DNA of 64,000 nucleotides from Ilumatobacteraceae bacterium (GTDB lineage: Bacteria > Actinomycetota > Acidimicrobiia > Acidimicrobiales > Ilumatobacteraceae): positions 16,200-80,199 of the forward strand of contig CAVPJT010000004.1 in NCBI GenBank assembly GCA_963705485.1, written 5' to 3'. Below the pieces are notes generated by a model. That model was not told where the DNA came from. It made no database searches and was given only the letters and a program-made list of their open reading frames with translations. A program made the position numbers and the translations under genes. Shown one piece after another: positions 36,468-44,870 of the stretch (the first letter of the stretch is position 1; every line of letters starts with the position of its first letter).

Positions 36468-37900
36468 GCTGATGCCCTGCGCTGATCGCGACGCAGTCGC
36501 CGCCCCAGGCGCCATGCCGTCCAACGCTCGGACGGAGTGGGGTCGTCAGGCAGTTCCCCGAGTCGCCGAGCCGACGAGTCCGAGAGGCGGATCAACAGTG
36601 CGAGCAGCACGTAGTTGGCGACGAGCGATGAGCCGCCGTAGCTCACGAACGGCAGCGTGATGCCGGTGAGCGGCACCACCTTGATGACGCCGCCGATGAT
36701 GATGAATCCCTGGATGCCCACGATGGTCGTGAGGCCGACCGCAAGGAGCTTTTCGAACGTGCGGTCGGTGCGCAGCGCGATCCGCAGCCCGGCGCCGACG
36801 AGCAGCACGAACGACATCAGGACCGCTGACGCCCCGATCAAGCCCCACTCCTCGCCGATGGCGGCGAAGATGAAGTCGTTCTGGGCTTCGGGCACCTGGC
36901 CGGGATTCCCGCGTCCGAGCCCGGTGCCGGTGAGCCCGCCGTCGGCGAGACCGTAGAGCGCTTGGATGATCTGGTAGCCGTCATCGAGTGGGTCGGCCCA
37001 CGGGTCGAGCCAGATGTCGACGCGGGTCTGGACATGGCCGAATTGCGTCCACGAGAAGTAGGCAGCACCGGCGAACAGCAGCATGCCGAGGATCAGGTAG
37101 CCGATCCGTTCGGTGGCCACCCACATCATCACCACGAACAGCGTGAAGAACAGCAGCGACGAGCCGAGATCCTTCTGGAACACCATCACGACCACGGCGA
37201 AGCCCCACGCCATGAGGATGGGTGCGATGTAGCGGGGCTCGGGGAGGCGGAGCGGACCGACCTTCCACGTCGACGCGGCGATGAGCTCGCGACGGTTGGC
37301 GAGGTACGACGCGAAGAAGATGGCGAGGAAGACCTTGGCGAACTCGCCCGGTTGGAAGTTGATCGGGCCGAGGCTCACCCAGATGCGGGCGCCGTTGATG
37401 TTGACGCCCAAGCCCGGCACGAGTGGGAGGAGGAGCAGGAATGCGCCGGCGAAGAAGAACAGCCAGCTGTATCTGGCCAGGTCGCTCGCACGCTGTACGA
37501 CGAGCAGGGTCACCACGAACGCAACGACCGCAACGAGGCTCCACGTGGCTTGTAGCCCGGCCAGTTCGTCATCGAGGCGGGTGATCATCACGAAGCCGAT
37601 GCCGTGGAGCAGTGCGGCCAGCGGGAGCAGCGTGCCGTCAGCACCTCGGGCAACGAGGCGAACGACGACGTGGGCGCACAGCAGCAGACCCATCAGGATC
37701 GCCACGAAGAAGATGATGCCTGGTGGGATCTCGGCGTTCGTGCCGAGGGCGGTGATCGTGTACGCGGCACCCGTGATCAACGCCGCCATGACCACCAGCG
37801 TCAGCTCGGTGGTTCGCCGGCCGCGCGCGAGCGGCGAATCAGGACGCTCGACGATGTCGCCGTCCTCGACGTGCCACGTGGGTGCGGCGGTCTCGGTCAC
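36464..37900 (-). CDS. rodA: FtsW/RodA/SpoVE family peptidoglycan glycosyltransferase
   Basis: A polytopic membrane protein with NDFIFAAIGEEWGLIG and PLTGITLPFVSYGGSS. Confidence 0.9.
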   Translation of the reverse strand: MTETAAPTWHVEDGDIVERPDSPLARGRRTTELTLVVMAALITGAAYTITALGTNAEIPPGIIFFVAILMGLLLCAHVVVRLVARGADGTLLPLAALLHGIGFVMITRLDDELAGLQATWSLVAVVAFVVTLLVVQRASDLARYSWLFFFAGAFLLLLPLVPGLGVNINGARIWVSLGPINFQPGEFAKVFLAIFFASYLANRRELIAASTWKVGPLRLPEPRYIAPILMAWGFAVVVMVFQKDLGSSLLFFTLFVVMMWVATERIGYLILGMLLFAGAAYFSWTQFGHVQTRVDIWLDPWADPLDDGYQIIQALYGLADGGLTGTGLGRGNPGQVPEAQNDFIFAAIGEEWGLIGASAVLMSFVLLVGAGLRIALRTDRTFEKLLAVGLTTIVGIQGFIIIGGVIKVVPLTGITLPFVSYGGSSLVANYVLLALLIRLSDSSARRLGELPDDPTPSERWTAWRLGRRLRRDQRRASA

Positions 37901-39324
37901 GGCCCGCTGGTGGTGGTCACGCCGCCCGGCAGCACGGCGCCGGCGATCGTGGTCTCCGTGCCTCCGTCGACCGTGGTGGACGGAGGCACCGTCGTCGTCG
38001 TGGTGGTCGTCGTGGTGGTCGTGGTGGTGGTGCCGCTGTTGATGAACTCGACGGCGTCATCGAAGCTGTCGAAGGTCGGTTCGGCGTCGATGTCCTCGGC
38101 GACATCGGGATCGAACTCGGCGCGCTCGGGTCCGATGGCGTCGGCAGTCGGCTCGATCCAGAGCACGCCGCCGGGGCGGCCCTGGTAGATGACAGCCTGG
38201 TCCTCGTCGTTGAACGCCACGAACCACCCGTTGCGTGCCCACGCCGAGAACACGACGACCGCGATCACCAACACCGCAGCCACCACGAACGCGGTGCCGA
38301 TACGCACCAAGGTGCGTCGACGCGGTCGTGGAACGGTGTCCGTAGCGGCCGCTGCCGGCAGGGCATCTGTCGGTGACGAGGGGTCGGGGTCGAGCTCCAA
38401 GGTTCCTGCCGGAGTCGGGTCGGTGCCGACTTCTGCCCAGACCGGCACGAGATCGAGTTCCTGGGTCGGGTCGGGTGGGTCATCACCCTCGAGCACATCG
38501 ACGACCACCACGGTGATGTTGTCGCGACCACCGGCCTCGTTGGCCTTCTCGACGAGCCGATCGGCGGCGACCTGTGGATCGGACTCGATGGTCAGCGTCG
38601 AGGCGATGTCGACGTCGGCCACCTCGTCGACGAGCCCGTCGCTGCACAACACGAACCGATCACCTCGGATGAGCGGCAGCGTCCACCAGTCGACTCGCAC
38701 CTCGGGTTCGATGCCGAGTGCGCGGGTGATGATGTTGCGTCGTGGATGGTCGCGGGCCTCGTCTTCGGTGATGTGACCCGTTGCGACGAGTTCCTGGACG
38801 TAGCTGTGGTCGACCGTGACGCGGCGCAGTCGACCGTGGCGGAACAGATAGGTGCGCGAGTCGCCGACGTTGGCGAGCACCAACGCCTCGCTCGGCTCGG
38901 CGGGCACGACGGGGGTCACGTCGCCTGGGAGGTCGCCTGCGTCGTTGTCTGCGCCCGTGTCACCGACTCCGTCGTTCAGGTCGATGTTCGGTGCTGCTCG
39001 TCCAGCGTAGGCGTCGTCGATGACTGCGATCGCGGTGACGGTGGTGCCCATGCCGTGCTGGCCGGGATTGGCGATCGCAGCGCGGAAGATGTCGCCGTTG
39101 GCGACTCGAATCGCATCGACGACATCCGGAGCACTCGGCGGCTGATCGCCCGAAAGGAGCTCGCCGATGCGATCGACCGCGATCTGGCTCGCGACCTCGC
39201 CGGCCTCGTGTCCGCCCATGCCGTCTGCGACGACGAACAGTCGGTGGGTGACGAGGAGGTTGTCCTCGTTCTCGGGTCGGATCTGGCCCTTGTGAGTGGA
39301 CGCGCCGACGCGCAGCTCGGCCAT
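37897..39324 (-). CDS. pstP: PP2C-family Ser/Thr phosphatase PstP
   Basis: GQIRPENEDN, VADGMGGHEAGE, a TM segment and an extracellular tail with a 14-Thr run. Confidence 0.9.
   Translation of the reverse strand: MAELRVGASTHKGQIRPENEDNLLVTHRLFVVADGMGGHEAGEVASQIAVDRIGELLSGDQPPSAPDVVDAIRVANGDIFRAAIANPGQHGMGTTVTAIAVIDDAYAGRAAPNIDLNDGVGDTGADNDAGDLPGDVTPVVPAEPSEALVLANVGDSRTYLFRHGRLRRVTVDHSYVQELVATGHITEDEARDHPRRNIITRALGIEPEVRVDWWTLPLIRGDRFVLCSDGLVDEVADVDIASTLTIESDPQVAADRLVEKANEAGGRDNITVVVVDVLEGDDPPDPTQELDLVPVWAEVGTDPTPAGTLELDPDPSSPTDALPAAAATDTVPRPRRRTLVRIGTAFVVAAVLVIAVVVFSAWARNGWFVAFNDEDQAVIYQGRPGGVLWIEPTADAIGPERAEFDPDVAEDIDAEPTFDSFDDAVEFINSGTTTTTTTTTTTTTTVPPSTTVDGGTETTIAGAVLPGGVTTTSGP
37991..38032. 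repeat. (GTS)14 trinucleotide tract encoding poly-Thr in PstP
   Basis: gtcgtcgtcgtggtggtcgtcgtggtggtcgtggtggtggtg on the plus strand encodes T14 on the minus strand. Confidence 0.8.
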
Positions 39325-39349
39325 CAGATCGTCTTTCTCGGCGCGCTGA

Positions 39350-39901
39350 TCATTGGGCCTCGATCACGGTGGTACCGGCCTGCACCCGATCGCCTGGGTG
39401 GAGCAGCTTGCTGCCGGTGAGCTTCGATCCGTTGTGGAAGGTGCCATTGGTCGATCCGAGATCCTCGACCATCGGCTGACCGTCGTACTCGTAGAAACGG
39501 ACGTGGCGTTGGGAGATGTAGGCGTCGTCGTCGATCATGATCGTCGAACCGGCGTCGCGACCCAGCACGATGTCGTTGCCGAGTTGGATGGTGACACCAC
39601 GTCGGGATCTCGGCTCGAGCATCACGAGGCGGGTGGCCCGGCCACGTTGCTGTTTCGACTGCTTCTTCGATCGTTTCGTCGGTTGCTGCATCGGAACGGT
39701 GGCGGCGGCTCCCGGCGCTGGCCGGCCCATCGGCACCGTCTGTCCCGCCGACGGCGCGGTGCCCTGGCGTGGTGCGCCGACCATGGGTCGCCGGCTCGGT
39801 GTGCGGACCTCGCTCCACACCGCCCAGAGCACGCGGGCGAAGAACAGGTACAGCAGTCCGAGGAGGACGAACTTCAAGATGGTGAGGACTTGGTCAGTCA
39901 T
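39350..39901 (-). CDS. fhaB: FHA-domain protein FhaB/FipA
   Basis: An N-terminal TM helix and a C-terminal FHA domain (IVLGRDAGSTIMIDDDAYISQRHVRFY..VEDLGSTNGTFHNG). Confidence 0.85.
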   Translation of the reverse strand: MTDQVLTILKFVLLGLLYLFFARVLWAVWSEVRTPSRRPMVGAPRQGTAPSAGQTVPMGRPAPGAAATVPMQQPTKRSKKQSKQQRGRATRLVMLEPRSRRGVTIQLGNDIVLGRDAGSTIMIDDDAYISQRHVRFYEYDGQPMVEDLGSTNGTFHNGSKLTGSKLLHPGDRVQAGTTVIEAQ

Positions 39902-39932
39902 GGCAGCACGGAGGAGCTGGTGCTCCGCTCGG

Positions 39933-40595
39933 TCAGGAGGCCTCGAACCGGACGTGGGTGGAGCCGAAGCTGATGATGTCGCCGTCTCGAAGGCGGTGTT
40001 CGCCGACGATCTTGATGCCGTTGACCATCGTGCCGTTCGTGGAGCCGAGGTCGGTGACGATGTACGCCGTCTGGCCGGCCTTCACCTCGGCGTGGTTGCG
40101 GCTGATGTTGCTGTCATTGATGGAGATCGTGCACTCGGGCAGACGTCCGATGGTCACCGTGGCACTGCCCAGGTCGACCCGGTTGCCGGAGGGGAGCACC
40201 AGCGAGCCCATGGTGGGGCCGGTGGCGGCCTGCTTCAGTTGGCTGACGATGTTGAAGCGACCGCTGCGCAGACTGTTGTCGACGGCGAGTTGCACGGTGA
40301 CGGGTCCCATGAAGTGGTAGCCCTCCTCGCGGGCGTACTCGCGGGCGGCCTCGGCGAGTTCGGCGACGAGGGCGTCCTCGATCTCGTTGAAACTGGCGTG
40401 GTCGATGGCGCTCAGGACCACGGTGAAGTCGTTGGGGACGATGCGTCGACCCTTGACGTCGACCGAGCGTTGGTCGTCCATTTCGCGCACGAGGCGCCGG
40501 CCGAGTTCGATGGGGCGGATCGAGCCCTTGGAGCGACGAAAGAACACGCCATCGACCATACGCTCCAGACGGTGTTCCAGTGACTGCAATCCCAT
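39933..40595 (-). CDS. fhaA: FHA-domain protein FhaA (DUF3662 + FHA)
   Basis: An N-terminal LERMVDGVFFRRSKGSIRPIELGRRLVREMD (DUF3662) and a C-terminal TIGRLPECTISINDSNISRNHAEV..VTDLGSTNGTMVNG. Confidence 0.85.
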   Translation of the reverse strand: MGLQSLEHRLERMVDGVFFRRSKGSIRPIELGRRLVREMDDQRSVDVKGRRIVPNDFTVVLSAIDHASFNEIEDALVAELAEAAREYAREEGYHFMGPVTVQLAVDNSLRSGRFNIVSQLKQAATGPTMGSLVLPSGNRVDLGSATVTIGRLPECTISINDSNISRNHAEVKAGQTAYIVTDLGSTNGTMVNGIKIVGEHRLRDGDIISFGSTHVRFEAS

Positions 40596-40653
40596 AAGTG
40601 GAGCGCCAGGCTAGTGCCACCACCGGGCCGCTCCCCGTCGTCCCGTAACCCCC

Positions 40654-40697
40654 GAGCGATGAGCGAATCCCCGGCATTCGGTGGCCCCGCTCATCGC
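40654..40697. repeat. hairpin repeat family HR-B, copy 1
   Basis: GAGCGATGAGCGAATCCCCGGCATTCGGTGGCCCCGCTCATCGC, with GCGATGAGC / GCTCATCGC arms. Confidence 0.7.
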
Positions 40698-40714
40698 ATC
40701 GAGTCGATCAGTGC

Positions 40715-40758
40715 GAGCGATGAGCGAAACCCCGACATCGGCGCGGTTCGCTCATCGC
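40715..40758. repeat. hairpin repeat family HR-B, copy 2
   Basis: GAGCGATGAGCGAAACCCCGACATCGGCGCGGTTCGCTCATCGC, with perfect 12-bp arms GCGATGAGCGAA / TTCGCTCATCGC. It lies 61 bp after copy 1. Confidence 0.7.
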
Positions 40759-40821
40759 TTCGGGTTGCCGACACCGCGCGTGCCAAGCGTCGCAGGGAGC
40801 GCTAACGTTCGTGCTCCACTT

Positions 40822-40904
40822 GCGCGAGTGGCGGAATGGCAGACGCGCCAGCTTCAGGTGCTGGTGTCCGAAAGGGCGTGGGGGTTCAAGTCCCCCCTCG
40901 CGCA
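40822..40904 (+). tRNA. tRNA-Leu (anticodon CAG)
   Basis: A hand-folded cloverleaf. The acceptor stem is GCGCGAG/CTCGCGC and the anticodon stem-loop is CCAGC-TTCAGGT-GCTGG. It has a long variable arm (TGTCCGAAAGGGCG), a T-arm GGGGG-TTCAAGT-CCCCC and discriminator A. No CCA is encoded. Confidence 0.9.
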
Positions 40905-40908
40905 CGAG

Positions 40909-40933
40909 AAATCCCTTGCACTGCAAGGGATTT
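40909..40933 (+). terminator. hairpin immediately after tRNA-Leu
   Basis: AAATCCCTTGCA-c-TGCAAGGGATTT is a near-perfect palindrome. There is no T-tract. Confidence 0.4.
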
Positions 40934-41123
40934 CGTCGCGTGCGGGACGGCTGTCGACCCGGGTCCAACCGTCGAAGGACGAGTCGACGAAGCGCCCTGA
41001 CGTCGCCCGGCTCCCGGCTTCGTGTGAGCCGCGGCAATCGTGCTTGCCAAACCGCGCGGCGAGGTGAAGAATGCCGCTCAACAATCCACGGCGCTGAGGC
41101 GCCCTGTTCCCAAAGGGGTTCGA

Positions 41124-42920
41124 ATGTCGAGGCGTCTCATCGGCGCCGGCCTGTTGGCCGGCGCACTGCTCTCGGGTGCCCTGGCGTCGGCGGCGCTCGC
41201 CCAGGACGGCACCGGGGACGCCAACTCGGACGACACCGTCACCCTCACGATCGGCTTGCTGCAGGACCTGTCGTCGCCGAATGTCACGGTCGGATACCTG
41301 GTGCCGGACTACGAGGTGTGGAATCTGCAGTACGCATCGCTCACCGACAAGGCCGCCGACGACTTCGAAACCATTCCCGGACTGGCCGAATCGTGGGAAG
41401 TGTCGAATGACGGGCTCACCTACACCTACACGCTGCGCGAGGGCCTCGCCTGGTCCGACGGTGAACCGTTGACCGCTGACGACGTTGCGTACACCATCAA
41501 TCGATCGCGCGATGAGGAGTGGAGCAACCACTTTTCGACCGTGCAGAACCTCGACGCCGTCGTGATCGACGATCGCACCGTCGAGATCACATCGTCCGTC
41601 CCCGATCCGAAGCTGCCCACGATGGACGTGTACATCGTGCCCGAGCACATCTACCAGGAGATCTCGGCCGACGACCTCGCCTCGTACGACGGGCTCGACG
41701 GCGTCGCCTCGGGCCAGTACTCGCTCACCGAGTGGCGTTCGGGCCAGGACTGGACGATGGAGAAGAACCCCAACTGGTACGGCGCCGACAACGGCATCGA
41801 CCGCATCGTGTTCCGTGTGTTCACCAACGGCGACGCCATGGTCGCTGCCCTCCAGGCGGGCGAGATCGACGCTGCGCATGCGCTGCCTCGGTCCGCGCTC
41901 GAACGGCTCCAAGGCGAAGAGAACATCGAGACCGTGTCGGGCGAGCAGGGCTCGTTCACCGAGCTGGCGATGAACGGCGGCGCCGGCGGTCTCGGCGACG
42001 GTCACCCGGCGTTGCAGGATCTCGAGGTGCGCCATGCCATCGCCCACGCGATCGACCGCGAGGTGCTCTTCGACCGTGTGGCGCTCGGCACCGGGTCGGT
42101 CGGCACGGTCATGATCCCATCGGCCGATCCGGTGTGGACGCCGGAGCTCTCCGACGAGGAGGCCTTCGCTTTCGACCCCGACCGGGCGAACTCGATGCTC
42201 GACGATGCCGGTTACCTCGACACCGACGGGGACGGCGTTCGCGAGATGCCCGACGGCACCGATCCGCTGGTGTTCCGTTACGTCGAACGATCCGAGTCCG
42301 ACGTCGCCCCGGCGATCCGGGAGTTCGTCACCCAGTGGCTCGCCGACATCGGCATCGGCACCGAGGTGTCGGTGATGGACGACAACCAGCTCTACGAAGC
42401 GAGCATTGCGGGCGAGTACGACCTCTTCGTGTGGGGGTGGACCCCGTTCGTCGATCCTGACCCGCAGCTGAGCTACTTCACCTGCGACGAGCTGACCACC
42501 GACGTCGAGTCGCCGGGTAACAACGACGCCAACTGGTGCGACCCCGCCTACGACGAGCTGTACCAGCAGCAGAAGGTCGAACTCGATCGTGACAAGCGCA
42601 TCGAGATGGTCCACGAGATGGTGAAGCTCCTCCACGAGAACGGCACGTATGTCGTGTTGCTCGCCGACGCCGATCCGCAGGCCTACCGAACCGACCGTTT
42701 CGACGGATGGCTTCGCCAGCCGGTGGACACCGGCCCGGTCTTGTTCTCGAACAGCTCGCCGACCTACGCCAACCTCCAGGTGATCGACGGTGGCAGCAGC
42801 GGCGACAGCGGTCTGTCGACCGGTCTGTTGATCGCGCTGATCGTGGGTGGCATCGTGGTGGTGGGCGGCGGAGCGTTCCTCGTCGCTCGGTCGCGGGCGT
42901 CGGCCGACGACCGCGAGTAG
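41124..42920 (+). CDS. ABC transporter substrate-binding protein, family 5 (peptide/nickel), with a C-terminal TM anchor
   Basis: A signal peptide (GLLAGALLSGALASAALAQDG) and family-5 motifs (GLAESWEVSNDGLTYTYTLREGLAWSDGEPLTADDV). The C-terminus reads GSSGDSGLSTGLLIALIVGGIVVVGGGAFLVARSRAS. Confidence 0.85.
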   Translation: MSRRLIGAGLLAGALLSGALASAALAQDGTGDANSDDTVTLTIGLLQDLSSPNVTVGYLVPDYEVWNLQYASLTDKAADDFETIPGLAESWEVSNDGLTYTYTLREGLAWSDGEPLTADDVAYTINRSRDEEWSNHFSTVQNLDAVVIDDRTVEITSSVPDPKLPTMDVYIVPEHIYQEISADDLASYDGLDGVASGQYSLTEWRSGQDWTMEKNPNWYGADNGIDRIVFRVFTNGDAMVAALQAGEIDAAHALPRSALERLQGEENIETVSGEQGSFTELAMNGGAGGLGDGHPALQDLEVRHAIAHAIDREVLFDRVALGTGSVGTVMIPSADPVWTPELSDEEAFAFDPDRANSMLDDAGYLDTDGDGVREMPDGTDPLVFRYVERSESDVAPAIREFVTQWLADIGIGTEVSVMDDNQLYEASIAGEYDLFVWGWTPFVDPDPQLSYFTCDELTTDVESPGNNDANWCDPAYDELYQQQKVELDRDKRIEMVHEMVKLLHENGTYVVLLADADPQAYRTDRFDGWLRQPVDTGPVLFSNSSPTYANLQVIDGGSSGDSGLSTGLLIALIVGGIVVVGGGAFLVARSRASADDRE

Positions 42921-42924
42921 GACG

Positions 42925-43893
42925 GTGCGGGCACGATTCGTCGTCTCGAAGGTTGCGGGAGCGTTCGCGACGTTGGCGTTCGTGCTCGTCATCAATTTCT
43001 TCTTGTTCCGCGTCGTCAACGACGACCCGACCGGCTCGATGTTCCGCGGCCGCAACATGAGCGCCGATCAGATCCAGCAGCGGCGCGAACAGTTCAACCT
43101 CACCGGATCACGGTTGGAACAGTTCGTGGCCTACGTGGGCCAGACACTGCGGGGCAACCTCGGCGACTCGTTTCTCAGCAACCGACCGGTGACCACCGAG
43201 ATCCGTGAGGCGATCTGGCCGACGGTCGCGCTCGTCGGCACGTCGACGGTGCTCGCCATGGTGATCGGCGTGACACTGGGCATCTACGCCGGCTGGCGTC
43301 GGCGGAGCAAGTTCGACGTGGGGTCGACCACGTTCTCGATGTTCACCTACTCCGTGCCCGACTTCTGGTTGGGCATGCTGCTGCTCGCCTTCTTCGCAGT
43401 GAAGCTGGGTTGGTTCCCGACCGGTGGGTTCGAAGATGCCGGCAGTACCGCGACCGGGTTGCCCGCGCTGCTCGACCAAGCGCACCACATGGTGCTGCCC
43501 GCGTTGACGCTGACGCTCGCCTACATCGGTGAGTACATGATCGTGATGCGATCCTCGATCGTCGACACCGTCGGCGAGGACTACCTCCAACTCGCGCGGG
43601 CGAAGGGTCTACGCGATGCCGATGTCCGCAAGCAGCATGCCGTACCCAATGCGTTGCTCCCCGTGGTGAGCCTGACGGCGCTCAACTTCGGATTCATCCT
43701 GTCCGGAGCGATCGCGGTCGAAGCGATCTTCTCCTGGCCCGGCCTCGGCCAGGCGACGCTCGAGGCGATCCGTGGGCCGGACTTCCCGATGCTGCAAGGT
43801 CTGTTCCTCCTGTTCAGCGTTTCGCTGATCATGGCGAACCTGGCGGTCGACCTCCTGTACGGCTACCTCGACCCACGGGTGGTCGGCCGATGA
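42925..43893 (+). CDS. ABC transporter permease (DppB/OppB type)
   Basis: A BPD-transport permease with the EAA-like region YLQLARAKGLRDADVRKQHAVPNAL. Confidence 0.85.
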   Translation: MRARFVVSKVAGAFATLAFVLVINFFLFRVVNDDPTGSMFRGRNMSADQIQQRREQFNLTGSRLEQFVAYVGQTLRGNLGDSFLSNRPVTTEIREAIWPTVALVGTSTVLAMVIGVTLGIYAGWRRRSKFDVGSTTFSMFTYSVPDFWLGMLLLAFFAVKLGWFPTGGFEDAGSTATGLPALLDQAHHMVLPALTLTLAYIGEYMIVMRSSIVDTVGEDYLQLARAKGLRDADVRKQHAVPNALLPVVSLTALNFGFILSGAIAVEAIFSWPGLGQATLEAIRGPDFPMLQGLFLLFSVSLIMANLAVDLLYGYLDPRVVGR

Positions 43894-44870
43894 GTGACAC
43901 CGTGCTGGAGCCAGTTCCGGGCGAGCCCACACCGGGCGAACCCACATCGGGCGAAGCGGTGCGATATTCGCCTCGCGCCGCCGCGTGGGCGCGGCGTCGG
44001 TCGTCGGTCGTCGAACTGGCGCGCGGCGTTCGTGCCGACCGGATCGCGCTCGGCGGGCTCGTCGTGCTCGCGTTGTTCATCGTGATGGCGGTCGCCGCCC
44101 CGCTGATCAGCCCGCGCGGGGGGCTCAGCGCCGTCGACTCGGTCGCCAACCCCGCATGGGCTCGTCCGAGCTGGGACTTCCCGCTGGGCACCGACCACCT
44201 CGGGCGTTCCGTCGCTGCCCAGTTCGTGTGGGGGGCGCGGGTCAGTCTGTTCGTCGGCTTCGCCGCGACGATCCTCACCGTCGGCATCGGTTCACTCGTC
44301 GGCATCGTGTCGGGATTCTTCGGCGGCTGGACCGACTCCGTGCTGATGCGCCTCACCGACTGGTTCCTCGTGATCCCGTTCCTGCCGCTCGCAATCGTGC
44401 TGGCGACGATCCTCGACCGCTCGCTGTGGAACATCGTGCTCGTCATCGGCGTCACCTCGTGGCCGTCGACCGCCCGGCTCGTGCGCTCCCAGGTGCTGAC
44501 GGTCAAACAACGGCTCTATGTCGATCGCGCACGTGCGCTCGGGGCCCGGCGAACCCACATCGTGAGCCGCCACATCCTGCCGAACGTGGCGCCGCTGATC
44601 CTCGCCAACGTCACGCTCGCAGTGCCGATCTGCATCCTCACCGAGACGACGCTCGCCTTCCTCGGCCTCGCCGACCCGAACCAGACCTCGTGGGGCAAGA
44701 CACTCGAAGAGGCGTTCGGCGCCGGCGCCATCAGTCGAAATGCGTGGTGGTACTACCTGCCCGCCGGGCTCGGCATCGTCGCGGTCGTGTTGGCATTCAC
44801 GCTGTTCGGCCGAGCGCTCGAGGAGATCCTCGACCCGCGCTTGCGCGAACGAGGCAGGCGGCGCGCGTGA
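43890..44870 (+). CDS. ABC transporter permease (DppC/OppC type)
   Basis: LFVGFAATILTVGIGSLVGIVSGFFGG..DRARALGARRTHIVSRHILPNV. The start overlaps the upstream stop (ATGA). Confidence 0.85.
   Translation: MSDTVLEPVPGEPTPGEPTSGEAVRYSPRAAAWARRRSSVVELARGVRADRIALGGLVVLALFIVMAVAAPLISPRGGLSAVDSVANPAWARPSWDFPLGTDHLGRSVAAQFVWGARVSLFVGFAATILTVGIGSLVGIVSGFFGGWTDSVLMRLTDWFLVIPFLPLAIVLATILDRSLWNIVLVIGVTSWPSTARLVRSQVLTVKQRLYVDRARALGARRTHIVSRHILPNVAPLILANVTLAVPICILTETTLAFLGLADPNQTSWGKTLEEAFGAGAISRNAWWYYLPAGLGIVAVVLAFTLFGRALEEILDPRLRERGRRRA

Noticed and set aside
40934-41123. Possible riboswitch (cobalamin or NiCo) in the 190-nt leader of the peptide/nickel-type ABC operon
   Set aside because: GGTGAAGAATGCCGC vaguely resembles the start of a B12 element. 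I could not find a B12 box (GCCACTG-like) or the other conserved cores, so the claim is not supportable by eye. A cmsearch against Rfam would settle it.
40854-43058. 734-aa minus-strand ORF
   Set aside because: It is antisense to the substrate-binding protein gene, which has clear family-5 motifs, a signal peptide and operon context. This ORF is an Arg/Val/Asp/His-rich shadow.
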